The notes: generated from the sequence alone by a model not told the origin. DNA of 64,000 nucleotides from an uncultured Candidatus Saccharibacteria bacterium (GCA_964442965.1 CAYUBE010000001.1:3301-67300), one strand, 5' to 3'. Positions 9,100 through 19,540 are shown, numbered from the stretch's first letter. Made by a program: numbers and translations.

Positions 9100-9299
9100 G
9101 TCATACAGCTCGAGGAGAGTGCCTCCTTGAGCTTGGTGTGTTCAATACTGCATGTGTGGATGTCAGTGTGCATAGGATTTCGGATTTTCCAGCACTTTTT
9201 GGAGTGCGGGGCTGGTTTGATAGTATTCCCAGAAGTCGGAAAGGTAGCGTTTCAGGCGGTTCGACGTTTCGCCCCGTCTGTCCACGCGGGCGCAAACCA

Positions 9300-9890
9300 A
9301 TGATCTTCATTAATGAATTGTTACCGAATCCGGTTGGGGCAGATGCAAAAGGGGAATTTATAGAGCTTTGGAATAACGGTACTGCACCGGTGAATTTGAA
9401 TGGTTGGATTTTGCGCACGGATGCGAAAAAAAGATTCAAACTTTCGGGAATGATTGACCCCAACGGATATTTGCTTTTACCGAGAAGCGAAACAAAGCTC
9501 TCGCTTAAAAATACGGACGGCAAGATTTTTCTTTATGATGCTGTCGGAGCGCAGGTAGACCAGTCCGCTTTTGACGGAAGCGCGCCGGAAGGGGAAAGCT
9601 TCAACCGTGTTGGTTACCGGGCGGATGCAAACTCTGCCGCAATTCAGCAGTTTGTTTGGGGCAAACCGACGCCCGGGACGAAGAACGGCGTCGCTGCGGA
9701 AACGAACATTTCTGAAGCATATTATCGGACGGGAATTTCTTTGAACAGCTATAGCCTGAACGGAGTCTCTGTCGCTGGCCTTTCTTTGTTCACGGGGATG
9801 ATTTTCGCGGCGATTTTATGGTACGCTATGAAGCGTGACAAATATATTGCACAGCTTTTCTTCGGAGGAGACGAAGACTTTCGGCGCTGA
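9300..9890 (+). CDS. lamin-tail-domain (LTD) protein with C-terminal TM anchor
   Basis: NELLPNPVGADAKGEFIELWNNG...VNLNGWIL LTD signature; start at internal Met of ORF 9138..9890. Confidence 0.6.
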   Translation: MIFINELLPNPVGADAKGEFIELWNNGTAPVNLNGWILRTDAKKRFKLSGMIDPNGYLLLPRSETKLSLKNTDGKIFLYDAVGAQVDQSAFDGSAPEGESFNRVGYRADANSAAIQQFVWGKPTPGTKNGVAAETNISEAYYRTGISLNSYSLNGVSVAGLSLFTGMIFAAILWYAMKRDKYIAQLFFGGDEDFRR

Positions 9891-10347
9891 AATGGCCGAG
9901 TCTTTAATCGCTCATCGCTTAGCGCAAAGCGCTCGTGCGCTTGTCATTGCTCTCCGCGGCGATCTCGGCGCGGGAAAGACGACGTTCACGCAGGGGTTTT
10001 TCCGCGGGCTTGGCATAAAGCGCAACCCGATCAGTCCGACGTTCGTGATCATGCGGAGATATAGAGTCGCAAAGCGCCCCGCCTTCGCCAGGGCTTCGGC
10101 GGGCAAGAAATTGCAAATCGCTAATTGTTTTACTGATATTTATCATTTCGACGCCTATCGGTTGAAGAAGATAGAAGATGTAGCTGTCTTGGAAATTGAT
10201 CGTATCCTGGCGGATCCTAAAAATATTATTCTTATCGAATGGCCGGAACGGATAAAAAAAATTCTGCCGCGCGGGGCGGTTTGGTTCGAGTTCAAATATG
10301 GGAAGCAAGAGAACGAGCGGATGATCCGAATGAAAAAGCCTATATGA
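9835..10347 (+). CDS. tsaE: tRNA threonylcarbamoyladenosine biosynthesis ATPase TsaE
   Basis: GDLGAGKTTFTQG P-loop ~aa 44, N-terminal pattern like E. coli TsaE; overlaps LTD gene end by ~56 nt. Confidence 0.8.
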   Translation: MTNILHSFSSEETKTFGAEMAESLIAHRLAQSARALVIALRGDLGAGKTTFTQGFFRGLGIKRNPISPTFVIMRRYRVAKRPAFARASAGKKLQIANCFTDIYHFDAYRLKKIEDVAVLEIDRILADPKNIILIEWPERIKKILPRGAVWFEFKYGKQENERMIRMKKPI

Positions 10348-12055
10348 GGTGATAACTCACCTCCTTTACTCCTGGGATGGCCTTGAGCTTCACGATCAAT
10401 TTTTCTATTTTCGCTCTTTCCGTTGTCTGGATCTCAACTTTGTCGAACGGATAGCGGTTGCCTTTGGGGTTATCGGAATGGAAACTCAGGATGTTCGCAT
10501 GGTTGCGGGCGATGGTCGCTGAAATGTCTTTAATGAGGCCGACGCGGTCTTCGACCGCGATCTTGAGTTCGGCGCGCGCCGGTCCCCGTTCTTTTTGAGG
10601 GAATCTGTTTTTTGATCGGAGTGCGGTGCGGATATGGTCGCGGGCGATCGCGGTCTTTGCAAATCGGAGCCAGTCCTCCGACGGTTTCTTTCCTTTTTGC
10701 GTGAGAATTTGGACGACATCGCCCGATTTCAATTTATGGTCGAGCGGAACGAGCGCGCCGTTCACTTTCGCGCCGGTACAGGTGTCGCCGATTTCAGTAT
10801 GAACGTGATAAGCAAAGTCCACGGGCGTTGATTCTGCCGGCAGATCGACGACGTCGCCGCGCGGCGACACGGCGAAGATCCGGTGCTGGAAGAAATCTAC
10901 CTTCATTGCCTGGAGCATTTCCGCGGCATCCGTTGTCTGCCCCGAGAAATGATCCTGCCATGTTCTGAGTTGTTGGACCCAGGTCAATTCCTCGGCGAGT
11001 TTTTTTCCGGATATCTTGCTTCCTCCTTTTTCTTTGTAGAGCCAGTGCGCGGCAACGCCGTATTGGTCCTCGTCATGCATCTCCTTCGTCCGTATTTGTA
11101 TCTCTATGGTCTTATCTTCCGGTCCGATAACGGTTGTGTGCAGGCTCCGGTATCCATTCGGTTTCGGCATGGCGATATAGTCCTTGATGCGCCGCGGCGC
11201 TGGAGGCCACGTTTCATGGATGACGCCGAGGGTCGCATAACATTCTGGAATAGTGGCGACAATGACGCGCAGGGCGACCATGTCATAAATCCTGCCCATC
11301 TCCATGTTCCGTCGCAGGAGTTTTTTATAGAGGCTGCTGTATCGTTTCGCGCGAACTTCGATCTTGAGGGGCGTGATGTCGTGCTCGCGAAGGACCCGCT
11401 CCACGTCCGGTTTTACGGTTTCAAGGTAAGCGAGCCGGGTTTCATATTGTTCCTTGGTATTCGTGATGAGCCACGCATATTCTTTCGGATAGAGAAAAGG
11501 AAAGGCGAGATCCTGGAGTTCTCCCGAGAGGTTGTACATGCCGAGGCGGTATGCGAGAGGTGCATAGATCTCATCGGTCTCGAGTGCTATCCGTTTCTGT
11601 TTGGCGGGCGGCAGGGCCGCGAGTGTGGCCATGTTGTGCAGCCGGTCGGCGAGTTTAATGAATACGACGCGCAGATCCTCGGAGAGGGCGATGACCATTC
11701 TCCGCAGGTTTTCCGCCTGATCTTTTGCATCGTGTTTCCTCGCCTTCTCGCCGCGATATTTAAAATGGCCGAGCTTCGTCACGCCGTTGACGAGGAACGC
11801 GACTTCGTCGCCAAATTCTTTTTTAATGGCCTCGATCGGTGTGCCGGTGTCCTCGATGGTGTCGTGGAGTAATCCGGCCGCGATAGTTGCGTCGTCCATG
11901 TGCCAGGAAGCGAGCGTCTCGGCCGTGGCGAGAGGATGATTGAAATACGGCCCGCCGCTTTTCCGCGTCTGCCCGCGGTGCGCTTTTTCCGCAAATGCGA
12001 GTGCTCGCGCGACAAGGCCGTTGGGATTCTGTTTGATGAGGTCGGCAATCGGCAT
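10340..12055 (-). CDS. bifunctional (p)ppGpp synthetase/hydrolase Rel/SpoT
   Basis: HD hydrolase motif HRGQTRKSGGPYFNHPL, RelA/SpoT synthetase, TGS/ACT region; 571 aa. Confidence 0.9.
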   Translation of the reverse strand: MPIADLIKQNPNGLVARALAFAEKAHRGQTRKSGGPYFNHPLATAETLASWHMDDATIAAGLLHDTIEDTGTPIEAIKKEFGDEVAFLVNGVTKLGHFKYRGEKARKHDAKDQAENLRRMVIALSEDLRVVFIKLADRLHNMATLAALPPAKQKRIALETDEIYAPLAYRLGMYNLSGELQDLAFPFLYPKEYAWLITNTKEQYETRLAYLETVKPDVERVLREHDITPLKIEVRAKRYSSLYKKLLRRNMEMGRIYDMVALRVIVATIPECYATLGVIHETWPPAPRRIKDYIAMPKPNGYRSLHTTVIGPEDKTIEIQIRTKEMHDEDQYGVAAHWLYKEKGGSKISGKKLAEELTWVQQLRTWQDHFSGQTTDAAEMLQAMKVDFFQHRIFAVSPRGDVVDLPAESTPVDFAYHVHTEIGDTCTGAKVNGALVPLDHKLKSGDVVQILTQKGKKPSEDWLRFAKTAIARDHIRTALRSKNRFPQKERGPARAELKIAVEDRVGLIKDISATIARNHANILSFHSDNPKGNRYPFDKVEIQTTERAKIEKLIVKLKAIPGVKEVSYHLI

Positions 12056-12072
12056 ACCGTAAGTATGCTATG

Positions 12073-12106
12073 AAAAAGCCGTCCCGCCAAGGCGGGACGG
12101 CTTTTT
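12073..12106. terminator. bidirectional intrinsic terminator AAAAAGCCGTCCCGCC-aa-GGCGGGACGGCTTTTT
   Basis: perfect 14-bp stem flanked by A-run and T-run, 18 nt upstream of rel start codon. Confidence 0.6.
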
Positions 12107-12276
12107 CTATTAGAGGAAACCCCGGGCGAGGGCCATTGAAAACGGGTATACTGTGGTTATCTCACGCCCGAGCCCGGGGATGAATCAATCCCGGAGCGCA
12201 GCGGAGGCATGTTGCGTCAGACGTAGTTCAAAGGAAGCCCCGGGTGGAGCAGAGCGGAACCCGGGGAGGATGTCAC

Positions 12277-14529
12277 TCACTTCGATATTTTTTTCTTTTC
12301 TTTGGGTGGATTTTCCTGCCACGCCTTGAATACTTCTTCAAGGTCGGCCTCGGATTCGGGCTTTTTACTCATCAAGAATGTGCACGCGGGCCAGCGGTTG
12401 CAGGCATAGAACGGCCGTCCGCGGCCGCGCGATTTCTTTAAAACAATATCACCGATTTTACAGTTCGGACATTTGAAGCCGGTTTTATCCCAAATTTTTG
12501 AAACGCCTTTGCAGGTCGGATAGTCCACGCAACCGAGGAAGAATCCAAAACGGCCGCGCCGGACTTTCATCGGTTTGCCGCACATCGGACAGTACTCGTC
12601 TTTTGTTTTTTCTTCAAGTTCTTTTATCTGCGCTGCCTCTTCGGGCATCGGAAGCGTGATCTTCATGCCTGGCTGGGGGCAGGCGAGGAATTTTCCCATC
12701 CGGCCGAATTTGATAATCATCATTTCGCCGGGATGCTCCGGGCAGGGGACATCGGAAACCTCGATTTGTTTTTCGACCGTCGCTTCTTTTTCGGCGAGCT
12801 CCTTTTTGAAGGGGACATAGAATTCGCGGCAGACGTCGGTCCATTTCATTTTACCCTCCGCAACCTCGTCGAATTCCTCTTCGATGCGGGAAGTAAATTT
12901 GATGTCAACGATCTCCGGAAAGTTTTCGACAAGGAGATCGTTCACGAGCGTGCCGATTTCGGTTGGCTGGTATTTCTTTTCAATCTTTTCTACATAGCCG
13001 CGGTCCTGGATGGTCGAGAGCGTCGGCGCATAGGTGGATGGCCGGCCGATACCTTCTGATTCGAGGGCTTTTACGAGTGTCGCGTCCGTATAGCGGGCGG
13101 GCGGTTCTGTAAAATGTTGCAGGGGCAGAATTTCTTCGAGCGAGAGCGGTTGGCCGATATCGAGTTTTGGTAATTTCCCTTCGATCTCATTCGCCGTGTC
13201 ATCGTCGCGGCCTTCGGTATAAACACGGATGAAGCCGTCGAATTTTACGGTTTGGCCATTCGCGCGGAAAGTATAGGAACTGGCCACTAGGGACTGGCCA
13301 CTAGGGATTTCATTTTTCCTGTTGGCTGGTGGCAAATGGCTAGTGGCTATATCGACCGCCGTCTGTTCAAGTAAAGCTTCCTTCATCTGTGAGGCGATTG
13401 TGCGTTTCCATATGAGATCATAGAGACGAATGCTGTTTCTGTCCTTGATGCCGAGCGACCCCGCCGAGGCCGCCGCAAGGTTTGTTGGGCGTATTGCTTC
13501 ATGCGCTTCCTGCGCGCCCTTACTTTTTGTAGCATAGCGGCGCGGCTCGGGGAGTGCGTAATCCGCACCGAATTCCTCCGTGATCACGGCGCGCGCTTGC
13601 GCGAGTGCGGACTCGGCGAGATTGACGCTGTCGGTTCTCATATAGGTGATGAAGCCGTTCTCGTAGAGATGCTGGGCAATCATCATGGTTTGTTTTGCCG
13701 AGAAGCCGAGCTTGCGGGCGGCTTCTTGTTGGAGCGTCGAGGTGGTGAATGGCGCCGAGGGATTGCGGCGGACATCTTTTACGGAGATGTCCTTGATATG
13801 AAATTTTGCATCACGGACGCCGTCCACGATTTTCTTCGCTTCGGCCTCGGTTGTGATGCCCATTTTACCGATTGCCTTTTCGTTGATCGCGGTAAGCGTG
13901 GCAGGGAAAGGAGTTTTAGCTTTCTCGGGCAAAAATTTTCCTTCAATCGTCCAATATTCCTCTTTATTGAATGCCTGGATCAGGCGCTCGCGTTCGACGA
14001 CAAGGCGGACCGCGACGCTCTGCACGCGCCCGGCGGAAAGTCCATAGCGCACCTTACGCCAGAGAAAAGGGGAGAGTTCGTAGCCGACGAGGCGATCGAG
14101 GACGCGCCGTGCCTGCTGGGCGTCAACCAGGTTGATGTCAAGGTCTCGTGGATGTTCAAGCGCGCGAAGAATGGCATCCTTCGTGATTTCATGAAAAGCG
14201 ATGCGTTCCGTCGGTTTCTCCTTTCCTTTTTTCTCAAGATCGAGCGCCTGGATCAGGTGCCAGGCAATCGCTTCCCCTTCGCGGTCTTCATCAGTCGCCA
14301 GAATGACACGCTTTGCTTTCTTCGCGAGTTTTTGGAGATTTGCGACGACCGGCTCCGCCTTTTTGGGAATGACATAGGTCGGTTCGAAATCGTGTTTCAC
14401 GTCGATGCCGATCTTGCTCTTGGGCAGATCGCGAATATGGCCATACGACGATTCAACGACAAAATCCTTGCCGACGAATTTGCCGATCGTTTTTGCCTTA
14501 GTGGGGGACTCAACAATAATGAGGTCCAT
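12277..14529 (-). CDS. topA: DNA topoisomerase I with C-terminal zinc-ribbon repeats
   Basis: TOPRIM + Topo IA core, multiple CxxC zinc ribbons; 750 aa. Confidence 0.95.
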   Translation of the reverse strand: MDLIIVESPTKAKTIGKFVGKDFVVESSYGHIRDLPKSKIGIDVKHDFEPTYVIPKKAEPVVANLQKLAKKAKRVILATDEDREGEAIAWHLIQALDLEKKGKEKPTERIAFHEITKDAILRALEHPRDLDINLVDAQQARRVLDRLVGYELSPFLWRKVRYGLSAGRVQSVAVRLVVERERLIQAFNKEEYWTIEGKFLPEKAKTPFPATLTAINEKAIGKMGITTEAEAKKIVDGVRDAKFHIKDISVKDVRRNPSAPFTTSTLQQEAARKLGFSAKQTMMIAQHLYENGFITYMRTDSVNLAESALAQARAVITEEFGADYALPEPRRYATKSKGAQEAHEAIRPTNLAAASAGSLGIKDRNSIRLYDLIWKRTIASQMKEALLEQTAVDIATSHLPPANRKNEIPSGQSLVASSYTFRANGQTVKFDGFIRVYTEGRDDDTANEIEGKLPKLDIGQPLSLEEILPLQHFTEPPARYTDATLVKALESEGIGRPSTYAPTLSTIQDRGYVEKIEKKYQPTEIGTLVNDLLVENFPEIVDIKFTSRIEEEFDEVAEGKMKWTDVCREFYVPFKKELAEKEATVEKQIEVSDVPCPEHPGEMMIIKFGRMGKFLACPQPGMKITLPMPEEAAQIKELEEKTKDEYCPMCGKPMKVRRGRFGFFLGCVDYPTCKGVSKIWDKTGFKCPNCKIGDIVLKKSRGRGRPFYACNRWPACTFLMSKKPESEADLEEVFKAWQENPPKEKKKISK

Positions 14530-14534
14530 GGGGT

Positions 14535-15572
14535 TTAGTGTATCACATATCCCGCACCAATTTCGGTGATCACTCCTTTAATAAGGAGGAAGCTCAGGGT
14601 TTGGTTCGTGATATGGGGTTGAAGTTTAGTCGCCTCTGTTATTTTGTCAATGTCGGCCGGCGCTGAACAGGCTGCGAGAAACTCTAAAATGGCTTTCTCC
14701 TCTGGTGTCCCTGCAAATGTTGCGGCTGCCGTTCGTTCTCTTGCGATGCCGTACGATTCAAGGATATCTTCGGGTCGCGTGACGAGCTCCGCCCCCTGGC
14801 GAATGAGGCCGTGCGACCCTTTGAAGTTTGGATGCGCAATGGAGCCGGGCACGACAAAGACATCCCGATTTTGTTCGAGGGCGAACCGTGCCGTTGCGAG
14901 CGCTCCGGAGCGCTCCGGGGCTTCCACGACGAGTGTTCCTTTTGATAAGCCGCTTACAATCCGGTTCCGTTCGAGAAATCTTGATGGATATGCCGGCATG
15001 TCCGGCGGGTATTCGGAGATGATGCCGCCTCCCTGAGCGAGAATCTTTTTTGCCAAGGGCTCGTTGTTCCGTGGGTAAACGTTCGCAAGGCCGCAGGCGA
15101 GTACGGCAAGGGTTGTACCGTTGGCATCAAGACATCCTTCGTGTGTGGCGGCATCAATACCGAATGCTAGGCCGCTCACGACGATGATTCCCGCGCGTGC
15201 GAATTCCGCGGCAAAACGCCGCGCGATATTTTTTCCATCGGGCGTCGCCCGCCGCGTACCCACGATGGCGAGCGTCATTTGATCATTTTCTGGCAAAGCC
15301 CCTCTTATGTAGATACCAAATGGCGGATGGGGGATTTCCCTGAGAAGCTGAGGGAATCTTTCGTCTTCATAAAGTATGAGTTGGATATTCTGTCCGATGA
15401 GCTTTTTCCATTCTGCCTCCGGATCACAACCTCTGTTGCCATTGGACATTTTTTCATATGCCTGTTTCCAGCTTACGCATCCGCGCCTCGCGCGCCGAAC
15501 GGAAACGTAATCTCCGCCTGCGGTGAGGGTGACTGCGTGATGAAATATTTTCTCTTCCTCTTTGGGCACCAT
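14535..15572 (-). CDS. dprA: DNA processing protein DprA (Smf)
   Basis: Rossmann-like DprA core, GLAFGIDAATHEGCL; 345 aa. Confidence 0.9.
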   Translation of the reverse strand: MVPKEEEKIFHHAVTLTAGGDYVSVRRARRGCVSWKQAYEKMSNGNRGCDPEAEWKKLIGQNIQLILYEDERFPQLLREIPHPPFGIYIRGALPENDQMTLAIVGTRRATPDGKNIARRFAAEFARAGIIVVSGLAFGIDAATHEGCLDANGTTLAVLACGLANVYPRNNEPLAKKILAQGGGIISEYPPDMPAYPSRFLERNRIVSGLSKGTLVVEAPERSGALATARFALEQNRDVFVVPGSIAHPNFKGSHGLIRQGAELVTRPEDILESYGIARERTAAATFAGTPEEKAILEFLAACSAPADIDKITEATKLQPHITNQTLSFLLIKGVITEIGAGYVIH

Positions 15573-15811
15573 TTGAAGATGGTAGCAAAACCAAGATTAA
15601 ATTTTTCTAAAGGAAAAATTTTCTTTGGATCACTCGCACACAATAGGCAAAAATTTTATTTTGCCTATTGTTCTGCTCATTACCAAAGATTAAAAAATCT
15701 TAAAAAGATTTTTTTAATTCGCTCGCAAAAAATGACTCCGTCACGGCAGGGTCATTTTTCTGCTCACTTCTGAAGGTAAAAAATCCTGAAGGAAACGTCC
15801 TTCAAAATCAT

Positions 15812-16840
15812 TTATTTTTTGATGTGTTGCTGATGCAAAAGTCGTTCGTAGAGCGTCCGCATTTTTTCGCCGCAGGCCTCGAGGGACTGTTCTTTCACAA
15901 CCCGTTCTTTCGCGCGTGCGGCGAGGAGATCGCGTTCTGGTTTGTTTTCAAGAAGCCGCGCGAGTTTCGGCACGAACTCGTTTTCGTTCTGCGCCATGAG
16001 GCAATCGCTCTCATTCGTAAAATAGCCGCGATAGGCACGCAGGTTACGCAGAAGCATTGGCACGCCAACCGAGGCGGCCTCAACGTTCGTCATGCCTTGG
16101 TTTTCTTCGTAGGAGGGGAAGATGTAAACATCAAGCGCATTGAATGCGGCGACGATATCTTTTACGTATCCCGTGAAGATGACGTTCGGCGGAATGTTTT
16201 TCGGCAGAGGCTTTGCGAGGAGCGAGCTGTATATTTTTCCGAACCAGACGAATGTGTGCTGGGGAAATTCGCGGGCGAGGGCGATGAAGGTGTCAATGCC
16301 TTTGCGCGGAATAGCCAGCCCGACGGTTCCTGCGACGATTCCCTGAAGGTTGAATTCTGTCCGCGCCTCCTTGCGTTTCGCTTCGTCTTTTTTGAAAACA
16401 TGAACATCAACGCCGTTTGAAACGGCAACCAGCTTGGCGACGGGAAGGCCATAGCTCACCAATAGGGACTTCGTGTATTCGCTGGGGCAAAAGACGATAT
16501 CGGCAAGACCGTAAGCGTAGGCGAGATAGTGTCGCATGAGAGGTGATACGAGTTTTCCGAACCAGAATACGCCGCGGATGTCTTCGGCGGTGACGTGCGA
16601 CCAGATCGCGACCGGCATACCGCGCCTCCGCGCTTTGTGCATCAGGCGGAGCGAATTGAGCCATGGCGTGTTGATCTGGAGGATGTCGCACGACTCATCC
16701 CATGTTTCGACAAAATCGATGCCGCTTTGCAAGAGCACTTCTTTTTGGTTGCGATATGACGAAAGAAGGCCGGTGCCGATGTTTCGGTAGAGCCGTCCGC
16801 CAACAACATGATACATTTCGAGATAGAGGCAGATCTTCAT
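15812..16840 (-). CDS. glycosyltransferase family 1
   Basis: GT-B fold C-terminal E..VEAASVGVPML motif; 342 aa. Confidence 0.8.
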   Translation of the reverse strand: MKICLYLEMYHVVGGRLYRNIGTGLLSSYRNQKEVLLQSGIDFVETWDESCDILQINTPWLNSLRLMHKARRRGMPVAIWSHVTAEDIRGVFWFGKLVSPLMRHYLAYAYGLADIVFCPSEYTKSLLVSYGLPVAKLVAVSNGVDVHVFKKDEAKRKEARTEFNLQGIVAGTVGLAIPRKGIDTFIALAREFPQHTFVWFGKIYSSLLAKPLPKNIPPNVIFTGYVKDIVAAFNALDVYIFPSYEENQGMTNVEAASVGVPMLLRNLRAYRGYFTNESDCLMAQNENEFVPKLARLLENKPERDLLAARAKERVVKEQSLEACGEKMRTLYERLLHQQHIKK

Positions 16841-18024
16841 TTTCTCGATGTTTCCTGAACTATCGTTCCATATAATTTTATCATGGATTGCGCGATATTT
16901 TTTTTCGAATATTGCTCGGCGATCTTGCGCGATGCGGCAGAGGTCGCTTGCAGACCGGACGGCGAGGACAGGAGGTGGACGATCGCGCGGGCGAGAAGGT
17001 TCGGGTGGCCGGGTTCCGCGAGTGACCCATTTTCTCCGTCTTTCACGATGTCGGGAATTCCCTTTGCCCGTACGGCCGCGGCCGGCAAGCCGCAGGCCAT
17101 AGCTTCAATGATGGAAATAGGCATGTTTTCACTCCGGCTCGCCGTGAGAAAAAGATCGTTCGCCTGAAGCGCGTCCCTCAGCTGTTCGCCGTAGAGCATG
17201 CCGCTGAAAATAACCCTCTCCGCGCAACCGAGTTTCCGCGCGACCGCTTCAAGTTTCTTTCGTTCCGGCCCATCGCCCACGATCATGAGTGTCGCATCAG
17301 GAATATCTTGCAGGGCCACCGCAAACGCCACGATCGCCTGATCGATATCTTTTTCATAGCTGACGCGGCCCATGTAAACGACAGCGTGGCGCCCGACGCC
17401 GAATTTTTGTTTAAGGTGATTCTTTACGGTCGCGCTCGGCACCGGAATAAAGAAGTCGGTATCCGCCGGATTCGGGATGATATAAATCGGAGAAGTGAGT
17501 CCGTGCTCTATGAGGGCATTTTTTAAGGCGCGTGACGGAACCGTCACGGCATTGGAACGGTTGTAATAGGCGACCGTATAGTCCCACGAGAATTTTCTTC
17601 CCCATGCATAATCAAGCCCTATATATTTTAAGTAATCATCAAAAAAGGTATGGTGCGTCCCCACGAGAGGTATGTTCAATATTTTCTTCCCCATCACCGC
17701 GCCCCATCCGGCGAGGAATGGCGTGTGGACATGGATGATGTCTGGCTTAAATTTTTTGAGCGCACGGATCGTTCCGGGGCCCGAGGGGAGGGCGATCGCA
17801 AGGCCTTCGCCGGGGTAAATGGACCGGGGCATGGAGAACGAGGGTACCTTATGCACGGTGAACATTTCGTTTCCCATAGATTTCTTTACGCGATCTTCTT
17901 CGATGACGCTGAACACTGCTACGTCATGTCCGAGTTTCGTATAGGTGTCGGCAAGACTGCGCGCGACGCTTGCGACGCCGTTTACCTGCGGGGAAAAGGT
18001 ATCACTCCAAATGGCTATTTTCAT
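16837..18024 (-). CDS. glycosyltransferase family 4
   Basis: ENMPISIIEAMACGLPAAAV GT4 signature; 4-nt overlap with downstream GT1. Confidence 0.85.
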   Translation of the reverse strand: MKIAIWSDTFSPQVNGVASVARSLADTYTKLGHDVAVFSVIEEDRVKKSMGNEMFTVHKVPSFSMPRSIYPGEGLAIALPSGPGTIRALKKFKPDIIHVHTPFLAGWGAVMGKKILNIPLVGTHHTFFDDYLKYIGLDYAWGRKFSWDYTVAYYNRSNAVTVPSRALKNALIEHGLTSPIYIIPNPADTDFFIPVPSATVKNHLKQKFGVGRHAVVYMGRVSYEKDIDQAIVAFAVALQDIPDATLMIVGDGPERKKLEAVARKLGCAERVIFSGMLYGEQLRDALQANDLFLTASRSENMPISIIEAMACGLPAAAVRAKGIPDIVKDGENGSLAEPGHPNLLARAIVHLLSSPSGLQATSAASRKIAEQYSKKNIAQSMIKLYGTIVQETSRK

Positions 18025-18941
18025 GATACTCGTGTTGGTGCCAACGGGTCCGTAAGAAATGGCAGAAGCTCCTGCGCCAGTTCATCCTGATCTCGCGACG
18101 CAAGGAAGTGCCCGTTGCCTGCGAGCGTCACGGCCCGGGCGTTTTTCATCGCCCGCAGCATGTCAGTTACTTCGCATTCCGTAAGGTAAGGATCGCTCGC
18201 ACTTCGGATGAGGAGCGCTGGACAGGTGATGCGGGGGAGCGACGCCGAGAGATCGAGCCGTAAGGTTTGGGCGAGCATCCAGAAATTCACCGAGAGCGGC
18301 ATGGTGAAAAGTCCCGTGAATGTTGAGTCAAGATAACCCTTCGATTTTCCCTGTTCAAAGTAATGATATTTTGTGCGATGCTGCGGATAGGCGAGCCATG
18401 CCATGGTGTCGAGGAATAGGATGCCTGGTCTTGTGATTGCGGAAAAAGGTCCGTAGCGCAGGGGATTCATAAAATTGGTGCTGACGAGCGCGAGGCTGCG
18501 GAGTGATTCGGGATGTGCCGCCGCGTAAGCGATGGCGATGTATCCTCCGAATGAGTATCCCACCATATCGAATTTCCGCAACCGCTCTTGTTCGGTGATG
18601 CGGCGAATATCTTGGGCAAAGACCGGGAAAGTATACCACGATTTTTCTTTGGACATATCCGAAAGGCCGTGGCCGCGAAGGTCGGGCGCGATACTGCGGA
18701 TGCCCTGCGCGGCGAGCTTTTCCATGAGGGTGAGCCAGGTCGTGTGGTTCGAGGAAAGGCCGTGGAGCAGTACCACGGTTTGGGTGCTTGTTGCTGGGCC
18801 AGCGGCAAAATAAGAGATATTGCCTTTATCGGTCGCAACGGATTTTTTTTCAAGCGTGAGGTCCATAAAAAGATTCAACAGCGTCCTGGCGCAAGGAGTC
18901 TTTCGAGAAACATCTCGCAGGACCGGGGATAATTGCGCCAC
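18021..18941 (-). CDS. alpha/beta-fold hydrolase
   Basis: HGLSSNHTTW and GYSFGG nucleophile elbow. Confidence 0.8.
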   Translation of the reverse strand: MAQLSPVLRDVSRKTPCARTLLNLFMDLTLEKKSVATDKGNISYFAAGPATSTQTVVLLHGLSSNHTTWLTLMEKLAAQGIRSIAPDLRGHGLSDMSKEKSWYTFPVFAQDIRRITEQERLRKFDMVGYSFGGYIAIAYAAAHPESLRSLALVSTNFMNPLRYGPFSAITRPGILFLDTMAWLAYPQHRTKYHYFEQGKSKGYLDSTFTGLFTMPLSVNFWMLAQTLRLDLSASLPRITCPALLIRSASDPYLTECEVTDMLRAMKNARAVTLAGNGHFLASRDQDELAQELLPFLTDPLAPTRVS

Positions 18942-19540
18942 TACTCTTCCTTCAGGTATTTCTTACCGACTCTTGAGATAATGATATAGGCGATGATATA
19001 GAGCGCAACCAGGGCGGCGGCGGCGAAGCCCGCGAAGGTAAGGAACCGGTCGAATTTTGCGTATGCCTGCCCAAAATAAAATCCGACAAGGAGAAGGATG
19101 AGCGACTTCGGCATGGTGCCCAGAAAATTGAATTGGATGTATTTAGCAAGCGGCATGCGGGCCATACCTGCGGCGATGAGCACTGGCCCGCCGAAAAAGT
19201 GCGATAGTTTTCCGAAGATCAGGGTCCTTCCAGGATTTTTTTTGAAATGATCTTCCAGTCGTCCGATGATCTCCGGACTGACGCCGAAGAGGTGCCCCCA
19301 TTTTTCCACGGCCGGTTTCCCGCCCCAGCGGCCTTGCGCATACATAAGGACGTCTCCTGTCACATCGCCCACGACGATGAGCGGGTAACATATCCAAAAA
19401 TTGAGGCTGCCGAGCGACGCAAGAAACCCCGCGAGGATCGTGACGACCGGCCCTTCAATGACGACCAAGGGAAAGAGGATGACGTAGCGGTATTGGAGAA
19501 GCCAACCAATGACCGTAGCGAGGGTGATCGTCATGGTCAT
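18941..19540 (-). CDS. DedA/SNARE-associated family membrane protein
   Basis: DedA-like TM topology and G..W..FGK motifs. Confidence 0.75.
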   Translation of the reverse strand: MTMTITLATVIGWLLQYRYVILFPLVVIEGPVVTILAGFLASLGSLNFWICYPLIVVGDVTGDVLMYAQGRWGGKPAVEKWGHLFGVSPEIIGRLEDHFKKNPGRTLIFGKLSHFFGGPVLIAAGMARMPLAKYIQFNFLGTMPKSLILLLVGFYFGQAYAKFDRFLTFAGFAAAALVALYIIAYIIISRVGKKYLKEE

